Shown piece after piece: positions 12,146 through 25,439 of a stretch of 64,000 bases of DNA; the stretch's first letter is position 1, and each line of letters opens with the position of its first letter. Where the stretch lies: NCBI GenBank assembly GCA_030390025.1, contig CM059426.1:99386001-99450000 (forward strand), given 5' to 3'. Made by a program: the position numbers and the translations under genes. Below the pieces are notes generated by a model. It saw nothing but the letters and a program-made list of their open reading frames with translations. It made no database searches and was not told the origin of the DNA. The DNA is from Squalus acanthias (Eukaryota).

Positions 12146-14662
12146 AGAAACATAGAAACATAGAAAATAGGTACAGGAGTAGACCATTCGGTCCTTCGAG
12201 CCTGCACCGCCATTCAATGCGTTCATGGCTGAACATGCTACCTCAGTACCCCATTCCTGCTTTCTCGCCATACCCCTTGATCCCCTTAGTTGTGAGTGTT
12301 ATATCTAACTCCCTTTTGAATATATTTAGCGAACTGGCCTCAACAACCTTCTGTGGAAGAGAATTCCATAGATTCACCACTCTCTGGGTGAAGAAGTTCC
12401 TCCTCAGCTCAGTCCTAAATGGCTTCCCCTTAATCCTTAGACTGTGACCCCTGGTTCTAGTTTTCCCTACCATTGGGAACATTCTGCCCGCATCTAATTT
12501 GTCTAAACCAGTCAGGATTTTAAATGTCTCTATAAGATCCCCCCTCATTCTTCTGAACTCCAGAGGATACAAGTTCAGTTGACCCAATCTTTCTTGATAT
12601 GTCAGTCCGGCCATCCCAGGAATCAATCTAGTGAACCTTCGCTGCACTCCCTCAATAGCAAGAATGTCCTTCCTTAAGTTAGGAGACCAAAACTGTGCAC
12701 AATACTCCAGGTGTGGCCTCACCAAGGCCCTGTACAACTGTAGCATCACCTCCCTACTCCTGTACTCAAATCCCCTTGCTATGAAGGCCATCATTCCGTT
12801 TGCTTTCTTGACTGCCTGCTGCACTTGCATTCCCACCTTCAGTGACTGATGTACCATGACGCCCAGGTCTCGTTGCACGTCCCCTTTCCCTAATCTGCCA
12901 CCATTCAGGTAATAGTCCGCCTCTCTATTTTTACCACCAAAGTGGATAACCTCACATTTATCCACATTGTACTTCATCTGCCATACATTTGCCCATTCAC
13001 CCAACCTGTCCAAGTCACTCTGTAGCCTCCTAGCATCCTCCTCATTGTTCACACTGCCTCCCAATTTAGTGTCATCCGCAAATTTGGAGATATTACATTT
13101 AATCCCTTCGTCCAAATCATTAATATATAATGTAAACAGCTGGGGTCCCAGCACCGAACCCTGCGGTACCCCGCTGGTCACTGCCTGCCATTCTGAAAAG
13201 TACCCATTTACTCCTACTCTTTGTTTCCTGTGTGCCAACCAGTTCTCAATCCACGTCAACACATTACCCCCAATCCCATGTGCTTTAACTTTGCTCACCA
13301 ATCTCTTGTGTGGGACCTTGTCGAAGGCCTTCTGAAAGTCCAAATACACCACATCTACTGGTTCCCCCCTGTCCACCCTATTGGAAACATCCTCAAAAAA
13401 TTCCAGAAGATTTGTCAAGCATGATTTCCCTTTCACAAATCCATGCTGACTTGGACCTATCATGTCGCCACTTTCCAAATGGTCTGTTATGACATCTTTA
13501 ATAATTGCTTCCATCATTTTACCCACGACCGATGTCAGGCTGACCGGTCTATAATTCCCTGCTTTCTCCCTCCCTCCTTTTTTAAAAAGAGGGGTTACAT
13601 TGGCCACCCTCCACTCCATCGGAACTGATCCAGAGTCTAAGGAATGTTGGAAAATGATCGTCAATGCATCCACTATTTCCAAGGCCACCTCCTTAAGTAC
13701 TCTGGAATGCAGACCATCAGGCCCCGGGGATTTTTCAGCCTTCAGTCCCATCAATTTCCCCAATACCTTTTCCCGACTAATAAGGATTTCCCTCAGCTCC
13801 TGCCTCTTACCAGATCCTCTGACCCCTTTTATTTCCGGCAGGTTGTGTGTGTCCTCCACAGTAAACACCGAACCAAAGTACTTGTTCAATTGATCTGCCA
13901 TTTCCTTGTTCCCCATTACGACTTCCCCTGTTTCCGACTGCAGGGGACCTACGTTTGTTTTTACTAACCTCTTTCTTTTTACATATTTATAGAAGCTTTT
14001 GCAGTCCATTTTAATGTTCTCTGCAAGCTTCCTTTCATATTTTATTTTCCCTGCCCTAATCAAACCCTTCGTCCTCCTCTGCTGAGTTTTGAAGTTCTCC
14101 CAGTCCCCGGGTTTGCTGCTACTTCTGGCCAATTTGTATGCAACTTCCTTGGTTTTAATACTATCCCTGATTTCCCTTGTTAGCCATGGTTGAGCCACCT
14201 TCCCTTTTTTATTTTTATGCCAGACCGGGATGTACAATTGTTGTAGTTCATCCATGCGATCTCTAAATGTCTGCCATTGCCCTTCCACTGATAGCCCCTT
14301 AAATATCGCTTGCCAATTTAACCTCGCCAATTCACGCCTCATACCCTCAAAGTTGCCCTTATTTAAGTTCTGGACCATGGTCTCTGACTTAACTGTTTCC
14401 TTCTCCATCCTAATGTAGAACTCCACCATACTATGGTCACTCTTCCCCAGGGGGCCTCGTACCACAAGATTGCTGATTAGTCCCTCCTCATTACACAACA
14501 CCCAGTCCAGGATGGCCTCCCCTCGAGTTGGTTCCTCAACATATTGGTTTAGGAAACCATCCCTTAAACACTCCAGGAAATCCTCCTCCACCGTATTGCT
14601 TTCAGTTTGAGTAGCCCAATCTATATGCATATTAAAGTCACCCATGATAACTGCCGTGCCTT
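12146..14662 (-). mobile_element. Young 5'-truncated CR1 LINE
   Basis: Uninterrupted ORF2 from mid-endonuclease to stop, short 3'UTR, (TTTCTATG)n tail. Confidence 0.95.
12243..14645 (-). CDS. CR1 ORF2 (C-terminal endonuclease plus reverse transcriptase), 5'-truncated
   Basis: GDFN, SDH, KSPGPDG, NYRPVSL, GVPQGSVLGP and FADD motifs in an 800 aa ORF. Confidence 0.95.
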   Translation of the reverse strand: MGDFNMHIDWATQTESNTVEEDFLECLRDGFLNQYVEEPTRGEAILDWVLCNEEGLISNLVVRGPLGKSDHSMVEFYIRMEKETVKSETMVQNLNKGNFEGMRRELARLNWQAIFKGLSVEGQWQTFRDRMDELQQLYIPVWHKNKKGKVAQPWLTREIRDSIKTKEVAYKLARSSSKPGDWENFKTQQRRTKGLIRAGKIKYERKLAENIKMDCKSFYKYVKRKRLVKTNVGPLQSETGEVVMGNKEMADQLNKYFGSVFTVEDTHNLPEIKGVRGSGKRQELREILISREKVLGKLMGLKAEKSPGPDGLHSRVLKEVALEIVDALTIIFQHSLDSGSVPMEWRVANVTPLFKKGGREKAGNYRPVSLTSVVGKMMEAIIKDVITDHLESGDMIGPSQHGFVKGKSCLTNLLEFFEDVSNRVDRGEPVDVVYLDFQKAFDKVPHKRLVSKVKAHGIGGNVLTWIENWLAHRKQRVGVNGYFSEWQAVTSGVPQGSVLGPQLFTLYINDLDEGIKCNISKFADDTKLGGSVNNEEDARRLQSDLDRLGEWANVWQMKYNVDKCEVIHFGGKNREADYYLNGGRLGKGDVQRDLGVMVHQSLKVGMQVQQAVKKANGMMAFIARGFEYRSREVMLQLYRALVRPHLEYCAQFWSPNLRKDILAIEGVQRRFTRLIPGMAGLTYQERLGQLNLYPLEFRRMRGDLIETFKILTGLDKLDAGRMFPMVGKTRTRGHSLRIKGKPFRTELRRNFFTQRVVNLWNSLPQKVVEASSLNIFKRELDITLTTKGIKGYGEKAGMGY

Positions 14663-15086
14663 TGAGTAGATTGGGCCTATACTCTCTGGAGTTTATAAGA
14701 ATAGAGGTGATCTCATTGAAACATATAAGATTCTGAGGGGGATTGACAGGCTAAATGCTGAGAGGTTATTTTCCCTGATTGGAGAGTCTAGAAATAGGGG
14801 GCATAGTCTCAGGATAAGGGGGTGGCCATTTAAGACCGAGATGAGGAGGAATTTCTTCACTCAGAGGGTTGTGAATCTTTGGAATTCTCTGCCCCAGAGG
14901 GCTGTGGAGGTTCAGTCGTTGAGTATATTCAAGGCTGAGATAGATAGATTTTTGGACTCTAGGGGAATCAAGGGATATGGAGATTGGGCAGGAAAGTGGA
15001 GTTGAGGTTGAAGATCTTATTGAATGGTGGAGCAGACTCGAAGGGCCGTATGGCCGACTCCTGCTCCTATTTCTTATGTTCTTATG

Positions 15087-16920
15087 TGGAGGTGGAGGGC
15101 TCTTCCAACATGGAGGTCTCCCTCCCTCTGCAACCCTCCAAGAGGAAGAGACAAAAGTGTCGCTCCTTGGAAGCGGAGGAGGACCCATGTCCCTCCGTGG
15201 AAGAGGAGACGGCGCCTGGACCCCCCCACCACCACCACCCACAGTCAGCGGGAGTCGCCCATCCCTCAGGAGGATGAGACAGATCTCTCTGTCCAGTCTG
15301 TGCCTCCCGGGGGTGGGAAGGAAGCCCAAAATAAAACTGTCACTCCTTGCTGGGTTGGGCATCCTGGAGGCTGATAAGGCTAAGTTCACCCAGCCACAAC
15401 CTGACATCTCCCGGGAGTTGCTCAACCTGGTCAATGATTTTAATAGAAACCCCTGCCTGCTGGATCGGTGGGTGGCAGCAGGGAAGAGGAGCCCCCCTTC
15501 TCCGTCTCTCACTTTTGTGCCGGGTGTGTTGGAGGAACGTTGGATGATTTTTTTCCCCGGTTTCGCCTTATAGTCTGAGGCGGAGCGAGGGCTTCAACTG
15601 CTGCCGCCCTCTGACCCAAGCTCCCCAGAGGAGCCCAGGGTGGACTCCACTGCCATCGATCCTGGGGGTGGGTTTGTGACATAGGTGGGAACGGCTGGTG
15701 TGGCTGAGCCATTCACTGCACCCTGTGCGGTGCGCGAGTTGCCTGCTGGTGACGACCTCCTGGAGGAGGACGGTGACATGGTGGAGGGCATTGGGGACGA
15801 TTTGGAGTCCACTACCAGTGAGGCAGTGGAGGCCCTCGTGCCCCCTACCGAGTCTCCCCTCATCCCTTTTGAGGAGCTCCAGGAATTTCTGGTTGGTTGC
15901 CTAGGTCGTTGCAATAAAGATCCTCGACAGATGGTCAGAGCTGGCGCAGCTCATCAGGTCTGTCTGCTCCGCTGCTAAGACACTGAGCGTGGGCAAGGGC
16001 ATGAACCACTGTGAGCTGTGCCAGCTCAAGATGTTCCTCACTGGGCTGCTAAAGGAGTGGAGGGTAACACGCGACTCACATCCCTCTCCACAGTAGGTTG
16101 CACTATGCTCTTGCCATGACGATAACCATAGCCAGCCTCAACATTAACGGCAGCAGAGAGTCGCGCTGCAGATTTATTAACTTCTTGCTGCTTAAGGAAG
16201 GGGAGTATGTGGTGTGCTTCCTGCAGGAAATGCACACCGTTTCAGGAGACGAGGCTATGTGGTGCCTGGAATGGCAAAGAGAGGTCTACATGAGCCACGT
16301 CGCTACCACTTTTTGCGGTGGCTATTTTGCTGGCCCCACATTTTTGGCCAGAGATCTTAAGAGTCAAGAAGCCTGTGCCAAGTGTGTCGAGGAGGCTCAA
16401 GGGTGTGGAGTGATCCCATCCGAGACCTCCCTCGGGAGCCAGCGCCTCACAGCTTGAGCCGTCTCTCAGAGATCCCTTCCGTGCCTTTCCACTCTGCACG
16501 GAGAGATTTTGTCTACGGACTGCTCTTGCACACTCTCCAAACTGTCTTCCTTGTCTGCCATCCAGACACAGCTTGGTGTGCCATCTTGCTATCTGGAGGA
16601 GGCAGGGGTCCCTCTCTCTACGCGGGAGTCCTCCCCTTTTCTATTGGGGATTTGGCATGGAGGGTGTTGCATGGAGCAGTCCCGTGAAAATCTTTTTTAA
16701 GTAGGTTCACGGACTCCCAGGCCGCCTGCAATTTCTACGGTTTGGAGATGTCCGTGTTCTATGAATATACAGAGTGTGAGAGGTTGTAGCCCCTCTTCCA
16801 ATTTTTGAAGGGGCTGCTCCTCAATTTTTGGTCGCACTTCAGTCCCTGATCCTTGGGCACCCGATGTCCCTGGAGATGGAGCATGCGGTGTCCACTAGTA
16901 AGCTTGAGGCCTTCCGCGAC
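15087..16920 (+). mobile_element. Internally deleted Tx1/L1-clade LINE relic
   Basis: MTITIASLNINGSR...CFLQE (APE N-terminus, about 16116) and GDLAWRVLHGAVP plus a degenerate Cys motif (ORF2 C-terminus); RT core absent. Confidence 0.7.
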
Positions 16921-18159
16921 TGAAATCAACATAAAAGGTGCAAGCAACTGAAGACTGGGCTCTAGTGTTCTATCCTTCACCACCTGGCTATCCCACTTTT
17001 ACAGCAAGAACTGCTGGACAGAACAGCTAAGTGCCTTTTCACGAGTGTTTATGGGTGAGAAGGAGCAGGAGTGCTTCCCCCCAGCCTTTCTAACTTCCCC
17101 AGTGATCGGACCCCCAACCCTCCCCACACTCCCCACCACCGCCCCCCCCCCCCATCCCAGCGATACGATGCTCTCCCAATGTCCTCCCTGGCTAACAATC
17201 TTCTCCACGGCCTGCCTGCAATCTCCTCCGCGCACCCTCCCTGATTCCCTCCACCTCCAATCTTTCTGGGCTTCCACAATCTTCTCCCCTCCTCCCCCGA
17301 TCTCTCCAGGCACCCCCATCACTGTCCCTCCAACGCACGATCTTCCTCCCTCCTCTACGTACCCCGGCTGCGGCCTGGTGCCGCAGGCCTAGTCGTCCGA
17401 CAGCCAGGCAACCGCTCAATCTGGCTGGCTATGGCAGGGAAACGGATTCCAAAAATGGTAACCAGGTTCTGGCAGGAAATTTAGGAAATAAATGAGGGAA
17501 ACCCATACTTACAGGTTTCATGACTGCTAAACTGCCCCCCACTCCCTTCCAGCCTCTCCGTAAATATCAGGGCCAATGTCTGGAAGCAGTAGACATACAG
17601 AGAACTAAACACAATTACGCCATTCTTCCTCTGGGTAGAGATGTAACCTTCAGCGATCCTTTCGATCCTGACTCTCTCTACAAGTTGTGAAGGAAAGCTC
17701 AAGATCTTTATAGGCCTCTAGTTACGCACACTGTCCTAGAAGAACCCCAGAAATCAGGTAGTTCCTACAAAACACCAGATGCTAACTTGTTTACCATCTA
17801 GACATGTAACTAATCATCTTGGCCCTGTTATCCCACTTCCTATCCCTATCATGGGCCAATTGTATTGACAAAAAGAAGTCAACAGGCCCGAATCACAAAT
17901 CATGCACTTTCAGCAGAAGCTAAACTGCACAGTCAGCTAAATTGTACCCTGACACATTAAACCCGAAAGCATCCAGGAAATGAACAACTTTAACCATTTC
18001 ATTATTTCTAGCTACAGTATAAATCCACAAGTCATTTATAAGTAAAAAGAACGCAAAAATCTTAATTATATGAGATTAAACTAAATCCTAATCCTACGTA
18101 TATATGTATACACAACCAGAGTATTTTACAAAAATCATATAAATAACATCCATAGACAT

Positions 18160-19400
18160 TCCCTTATCTTCCACGTTAGTTACTTCCACAAAAAATTCAA
18201 CTGGGTTTGTTAGACATGACTTACCGTTTACAAATCTCTCTGATCAATTCATATTTGTCCAAGTGCTCAGTCACTCTGCCTCTAATAACAGATTGCAGTA
18301 ACTTCCCCACAACTGACATTAGACTAATAGGCCTATAATTTCCATGGTTAGCTCTCTTACCCTTCTTAAATAGTGGAGTGACATTGGCAATGTTCCAATC
18401 TAAGGGGACAATTCCTGAATCAAGAGAGTTTTGGAAGATCATGTCTAATATATCAACAATTTCCTCACCTACTTCTTTTAATACCCTGAGGTAGAAACCA
18501 TTAGGTCCTGAAGATTTCTCTATCTTTAATCTCATCAGTTTCTCCATCACCTTTTTTTTTTACTTATGTTGAATCTAGTTGGTTCCTCCCCTTGATTTAC
18601 TTTTAGTTTTCCTTGTATCTCTGGTACTTTATCCTCATCCTCTACTGTGAAGATTGATACAAAGTAACTATTTAGTAAGTCTGCCATTTCCTGATTTCCA
18701 ATTACAATATCACCTGTGTCTGTCATTAAGAGGCCCACATTACTCTTAGCCACTCTCTTTCTCTTGTACATGTAAAAACCTTTAGTGTTGTCCTTGATGT
18801 GCTTTACAAGCTTTTAGTTGTATTCCCTTTTTGCATTTCTTACCACTTTCTTTGTATCCCCTCACTGTTCTTTATATCTCTCCCAGTCCGCGGGATCTCT
18901 GATGTTTATTGCCTTTGTATAAGCCCTTTTTGTTCGATACTATCTCTCACTTCCCTTGTTGACCAAGGTTGTTTAATTACACGAGTAGAGCTCTTGACCT
19001 TTAGGGGTATGTACAGGCTTTGTATTCTACCAGATACTTTTTTTCTCCTCCCATTGTTCATCTGTAGTTTCATCATTATTGTGGTTAATTCCTGCCTGAC
19101 ACCGCCAAAGTCAGACTTATCTAAATTTAAAACCTTGGATTGTGTCTCACCCTTCTCCCTCTCAAACCTAATATCAAATTCTATCATATTATGGTCCCTG
19201 TTAGCTAGGTGTTCCCTTACTGTTAGATTTTTGACTAATTCGGGCTCATTACTCATTATTAAATCTAAGATGGCCCATTCTCTTGTTGGTTCAAGAATAT
19301 AGCATTCCAGAAAACTAGAGGTCTATAAACAACTCCCACCAAAGTCTTGCATCCTTTTCTATTCCTCAATTCTACCCATAGCGTTTCTACTGCCTGCTTA
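18160..19400 (-). mobile_element. Degenerate CR1 ORF2 fragment
   Basis: Frameshifted pieces DHNMIEF, KRVAKSNVG, NVTPLFKKG...NYRPISL. Confidence 0.9.
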
Positions 19401-19401
19401 C

Positions 19402-22120
19402 CCTCAAACATTAACTCTGGACCCCATAAAATCTTATGGCTTCAGGTCAAACATGGTCAAGGAAACTTCTTGTTGATCATCACTAACTGGGCCCCCTCAA
19501 ATGATGAATCAATATTCTTCCATGTTGAACACCACTTTCAGGAATCTCTGAGGGTAGCAAGGGCACATATGTTCCGTTAGCCTAGCAGTTCCAGTACAGC
19601 TATGACACTGGCATCTATCCCACAAAGTGAACAATTGTCCAGATATGTCCTATCCAAGTTAAATCTAACCCATCCAATTACCATCCTATCAGTCTCCTCC
19701 AAATCATCAGCAAAATGATTGAAGGAGTCATCAATAGTGCCATCAAGCGACACCTACTCATCAATAACCTGAGTCACTCAGCTCTTGACTTCATCGCAGA
19801 CCTGTAGAGTTTCGCAATTATCGCGATTCAAAATAACGAAAAAGAAGCAGATTCGTTTGATCAGTTTATTTAAACGAAATGCTGTCATAATTAAAAAGGA
19901 CACAGAAGCCTGTAAAATGGCCACCGCGCATCGTGGCAGAAGCTTCCAGAAATACAGTGGGAAGACAAGATGGCGTTCGAATAAACATTTCAGTATAAGA
20001 TTGGATAATACTCGGCAAACATTGATAAAGACAGGATGCAACCTGTTTGCATTCGAAACAATAGCAAAAGATATAAGTGCTGGAATCGTTTTCCATGTAC
20101 AAGTAAGGACCATTGTACTGGGCAATCGAAGGCCCATCCAGACATAGCAATCCACATATACCCCCACGGCTCTACAATGAGAGAGCCATTCACGGGTGAT
20201 TAAGCAAGTATTCGGGGGCCCCCAAAACCCAGCCAGGGAGGCTCCTAGCCGGTTCAACAATGGGGAAAACATTAACGGATAGTTGGCCAGTTTCAGGTGC
20301 TACCGAAACCCGTTAAAGGAAAGAATCGCCCCATGCTGGGAGTTTTGAGCGCCAATATTATACAAAGGACAAACATTAAGATTTGAGCGGGAGATAAGGG
20401 GACACAGCACTATAACTATAGAGAACAAATGTCCATCGGTCTCTTATTCGCCTGAATCGACTCTTGACTCTCTTATCTCTCGGCGGACCCTTGCTGAAGC
20501 TTTTTCCTTGGGGCTGGACATTTGTTGACTCTTGACTTTTAGCCGTACTGGTCCGTTATTCGAATGTTGGGTGGAGCTCAAACGGAACGAGCCGCCTCGA
20601 CAAGGGCAAGTGACCGGGTGCACCATCCCGAGGGTCGGTAAACGGTGTCTGGACCCGAAGGCCCGAAGAGACAAGACGAAACGAGACGAGAAGAAGAAGA
20701 ATCCACGTGCCGCCGCGGTCAGTAAACCCCGACCGCGCCCGAAAATACGATAAAAGACTCTTCATTGACTTCTACCGACAACCGGTGTCGGTACAGGAAG
20801 ACTTTTCTTTGAGTTCTACAACCGTGCCCGAGTTCTGTCGAGTTCTTCATGACAACGGGGAGCCTGGCCTGCTTGTCGCAGCAGCGAAGATAAACAAGTG
20901 GGGTACAGAGACCCCTCCAAACACGTGACAGTCAGGCGCTGCAGCAAAAGAGCCGAGTGCCTCACTTTAAAATTCTCCGAAGTATCACGAGTGGTGAGCA
21001 TGTTTCCCGATCCTACAAATCTGAATGTAGTGTAGGTATTGATAAGGGAGGGTGGTTTTATTAAGGATAAAGTATAATGTGTTCCCCTTTTTACGATGTG
21101 CCGTGCGTTCTTCATTCCCATAGACCAAGCTTTATGAATGTATGTATACTTGTACTATCGTTAATTTGTGCCTATGACATGTACTTCATGATTTTAGACG
21201 CTATGCAATAAAGATTTCCATTTCGTACTATTCAACCGGGTCTATTTGAGTTTTTCTCTGCATTACTGCTCTCGCACCTAAGTCCAGTGTTAGAACCGTA
21301 AGGGCGAGTGGGTCGAACCACTCACAGGTGCTTATTGCAACAAGGCTGGCTGGAGACCAGAGCAAGCAATAGTATTAGGCAACGAAGGCCTAACCCCGTA
21401 CCAGCACCGTCTGTGATACAAGCACGACACAAAACCCCTTACAGCCCTGATCCAGACATGGGCACAAGAGCTGAATGGCAGAGGAGAGGTGGCTGCCCTT
21501 AATATCAAGGAAGCATTTGCCTAAGTATGACACCAAGAAGCCCTAGCAAAACTGAGGTCAATGTGAGTCAAAGGGAAAATTCTCCTGTGGCTGGAGTCAT
21601 ACCTGACACAAAGAAAGAGGTAACAGTTGTTAGAGGCCAGTCACTGCAGCCTCAGGACATCACTGCAGAAGTTCCTTAGGGAAGGATCCTCCACCCAATC
21701 ATTTTCAGCCTCTTTACTAATGACCCTCTATCCATCGTAAGGTCAGAAGTGATCCTGTTTACTGACAAGTCCACAGTATACAGTTCCTCCCACAGCTCCT
21801 ACAATACTGAAGCAACCCATGACAGCCTATAGCAGGACTTGGACAACATCTAGACTTGAGTTGACAAGTAATAGGTAACTTTCATGCCAAGTATGTGCCA
21901 GGTAAGAGAAGAAAGAACTTGCATTCATATAGCATCCTTTACATCCTCAGAACATCTGAAAGCACTTCACAACCAATTAATTCCTTTTAGAAGTGTAGCC
22001 AATTTGCACTGGTACTGGCCATCTTGAACAAGAGAAGGGCCAGGAATCTCCCCTGACCTTCAATGGCACCACCACTACCGAGGCCCCCACCATCAACATC
22101 TTGGGGGTCACTATTAACAG
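19402..22120 (+). mobile_element. Old LINE RT remnants (19402-19802 and 21444-22120), interrupted by a solo LTR
   Basis: Degenerate RT-like segments (ccatcctatcagtctcctc; gttccttagggaaggatcct; tttactgacaag) on both sides of the LTR. Confidence 0.6.
19803..21443 (+). mobile_element. Solo LTR (about 1.64 kb)
   Basis: TGTA...TACA termini, 4-bp flanks GACC/GCCC (1 mismatch), AATAAA at 21207, CpG-rich relative to the flanks, no recognisable ORF. Confidence 0.7.
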
Positions 22121-22124
22121 GAGA

Positions 22125-23010
22125 CTAATGGAGAAGATTAAGGGTTATGGAATTAGGGGAAGAGTAACAAATTGGATTAAAAACTGGCTAGAAATGAGGA
22201 TATAGTTAATAGAAGTTAAGGACACTTTCTGAGTGGTTGGAAGTAGGTAGCAGTGTCCCACAGGGCTCTGTTCTGGGACCACTTCTGTTTATTGTATACA
22301 TCAATGATTTAGATGTAAGGTGCAGTGGTATCCAGATTCACAGATGATACTAAAATAGGAGGCGTAGTAAATAATTCTGAAGACCAAAGCAAGTTGCAAT
22401 AGGATATTGAGAAGATTGTGGAGATCAAAAAAGTAGCGGATGAAATTTAATGTCAGTTAATGTGAGCTGGTACATTTTGGTAAAAAAAATAAAAGTAATA
22501 ATTATACTTTGACTGGGGAAAGCTGGGTGATGTAGAAGAGTAGAGGGATTTGGGGATTCAGGTTCACAAGACAGTAAAAGCAGCAACTCAAATGAATAAG
22601 GTCATAGAAAAGCTAATGGAACACTGGGCATTATGGCAAGAGGTATAGAATATAAACATTGTGATCTAATGGTGAATCTATATCAAATCTTAGCAAGACC
22701 ACAGTTGGAATACTGTGTGGCGTTTTGGAATGCATACTATATGCTGAGACAATGTAGAGGACATAGCAGAGATTCACTAGGATGCTACCTGGTATGAGAA
22801 ATACAAATATGAAAAAAACTTGAAAAATGAGGGCTGTTTTTGTTAGAACAGAGGGAATTGAGGTGATTTGATAGAGGTGTTTACAATTATGAAGGGATGG
22901 GATGGGACAGAGTAGATAGAAACAGACTGTTTCACTGTGTTGATGGAACCAAAATGAAGGAATGTGAATATAAGATTAAATGTAACAGGAGAAACATTTT
23001 TAGACAGAGA
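22125..23010 (+). mobile_element. Old CR1 RT fragment
   Basis: gtcccacagggctctgttctgggacca (VPQGSVLGP), ttcacagatgatactaaa (FTDDTK), RPQLEYC. Confidence 0.85.
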
Positions 23011-23788
23011 ATCTTCAAGGGACAGAGAATCCTGCAGGCAAAACGGAAAATTTATTTTTAGGCCTTGCCAAAACCAAGGTCTAAACAGTTAAGGCTTTGG
23101 GGCAGAGGGAGAAGAGGACATTTTCCTCCATTCAAAGAATTTTCCCATCGCTACCCCAGGCTTCCCGCCATCTTCTAGCTGATTGTCCTGGGGAGTGGCA
23201 GAAACTGGGGCAGGCAGGAGGGTAATGGGCTGGAAGGCCGGGCCTGCCCCCACACTGGCATTTACATGCAGTAGCCAGGAAAGCAGCAGCCAGCAGCAGT
23301 CCCAGCGAGGCTGGGGGGAGGGAAATTGAGGTCAGAGCAGTGATGCAGTGGTAGCCCTAACCTCCCAATGTTTCCATCATGCTCCCGTGGGATTTCAGGC
23401 ATGATTGCAAGGTAATTCAAGCTCCGAGCATCTGAAGCATACAGGCAAAAATTTAAGAAGGTGCAGAAAGCTTTATATTTCCTGCAGAGAGTTAAACGTA
23501 GAAATTTGGTAATTGTGGCTCGGTGGGGAGAATAGAACAGATTATAAAGGTCTGTATCAACTGATGTTAATGGATTGATTTCTCGAATGCATGGAAGCTT
23601 TTGCAGTAAATCACACACATCTATTGTCTTGAATAACATTTGTTATTTTGCATAAATTAAGAACAATTAATCCTTTACTCCAGAAGAAAGGAAAATATAT
23701 CCCTTAATTGTTGAAAATCTAAGGAAAATTTCAGCATATCTCTGAAAACTTCCATAAACTGCCCTTTTCCCTTGTGCAGCCAGGCCAG

Positions 23789-23920
23789 ACATAGGAACAG
23801 GAATAGGCCATTCAGCCTCTCGAGCCTGTTTCGCCATTCAATTCGATCATGGCTGATCTGTATCTGAACTCCATCTATCCCCTTTGGTTCCATAACCCTT
23901 AATACCCTTGCCCGATAAAA
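23789..23920 (-). mobile_element. CR1 3' terminal fragment
   Basis: acataggaacaggaataggcc...atggctgatctgtatc, same subfamily as 11452-11630. Confidence 0.8.
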
Positions 23921-25439
23921 AAAAATACCTATGGCTTTGGTAGGGGATAGATAACTTGCCCTAAAGTACTCACTGGTTTAATACTAAATTGTCCATTGAG
24001 ACACATGACACAGCAGCTTGATAATGATTTTCCCTCCGTCCAGTGGGAAAGCACCTGGTCTATGCTGGGCAGCTATGATTAGGGCCTTAACCTTGTAGGG
24101 TGTCCACAGGTGTAGCAGAGACCCAGGTCTTGTAACTCCATGGAGCCATCCAAGGGTGCATAAGGGAGCTGCACAACTGTGCCATCAAACTGTTTTAAAT
24201 TAAAGCCAATGGGGGTGAAATCGATAATGCAGAAAAACAGGTGAGGGCACTGCAATGCGCGATATGCCCACACCCATTGAAAGGAGCTCAGACAGCAGGT
24301 CACATTCATGCAGCCTGCTAATTATAATGATTGTAGCGCACAGCCCAGCGCTGAACGCATTGCTGACAGGCTGTGTGCTCAGCATGGGGCCGAAGTTCTC
24401 AATGTTCGCACAAGGCTAGCTTTACTTAAAGTTAGCCTGCGCATCTTAAAGGCAGTCTGCACCTCTTAAAGGTGAGCGGCCTTCTGCAGATGAAAACTTT
24501 GAAAAATGCTTCAGCACTACCACAAATTGCTCAACAGGCCAGGGAAAGGGCACCCAGGGTCTCGGACACAGCACTCAAGGCCTTTTTGCAGGTGATGAAT
24601 ACTGGAAGAGAGGTTGTCTACCCACAGGAAGCCCTCCAGAAAGAAGGATGTGGGACCAGATTACCGAGGCGGTCACAGCAGTGTTGCCCCCACCACCTGG
24701 CTCCAGTGCCCAAAGAAGCTTCATGACCTCAGACCACTGGTCAAGGTCAGTGAATGTATCTTCAAGAGTCATTTCCTACCAACTGCAACACTAGCCTCAC
24801 ACACTGGTCAATGCACGAACTCCCCACCCCCATCACTCACCTACCAACAATCGCTACCAAACACGAGGCACACCTCACATTCCTAGTTTCACCTCACCCC
24901 CTTGGAGAAGACAGTGCTGGCCATTCTCAGCAGGGGCAGGCTGAGCCCTTGGCCAGTGGCAGGGCTGAAAGAATACAAGATGCTGGTATCCTCATAGGTT
25001 ATCCTGCTTCTCACATCCCACTTCCCCCTTGTAATGTATTATCACATAACCACCCAAAACTCCACTACAACCCTGGTCATGGCCAAGTAAACCTTTTCAG
25101 AGAGTACATGTAGACTTCTGTGAGAAAGCAAATGATTATTTCCTGGTACTTGTAGATAGTCACTCAAAGTGGATTGAAGTGAAACACATGGGTTCAAATA
25201 CTACAACTGAACGTACCATAGATGAGTTAAGGTCCATCTTTGCATGTCATGGCTTACCTGAAGAGGTCATTTCTGACAATGGCCTACAGTTCCATTCTGC
25301 TCTATTCCAAGAATTCATGAAATGGAACGGTATCAAATACACTATCATTCCACCATATCATCCAGCTTTAAATGGAGCAGCCGATAGGTCAGTCAGAATA
25401 GTGAAAGAAGCTCTCAAAAAGCAAATGTTGCAGGACTGT

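Larger units (their letters stand above)
11631..15086 (+). mobile_element. Degenerate CR1 (11631-12145 and 14663-15086), internally deleted and split by a younger CR1
   Basis: EPVDVVYLDFQK...RLSYEER continues exactly as LSRLGLYSL at 14663; deletion at about 12050; (TTCTTATG)2 tail ends at 15086. Confidence 0.85.

Noticed and set aside
14766-15573. Overlapping 248 aa and 198 aa ORFs as a host gene
   Set aside because: They span the CR1 tail/Tx1 relic junction in GC-rich sequence and show no recognisable domain.
19778-20272. 164 aa and 120 aa ORFs in the solo LTR as viral accessory genes
   Set aside because: No recognisable motifs, and both cross the LTR boundary into flanking DNA.
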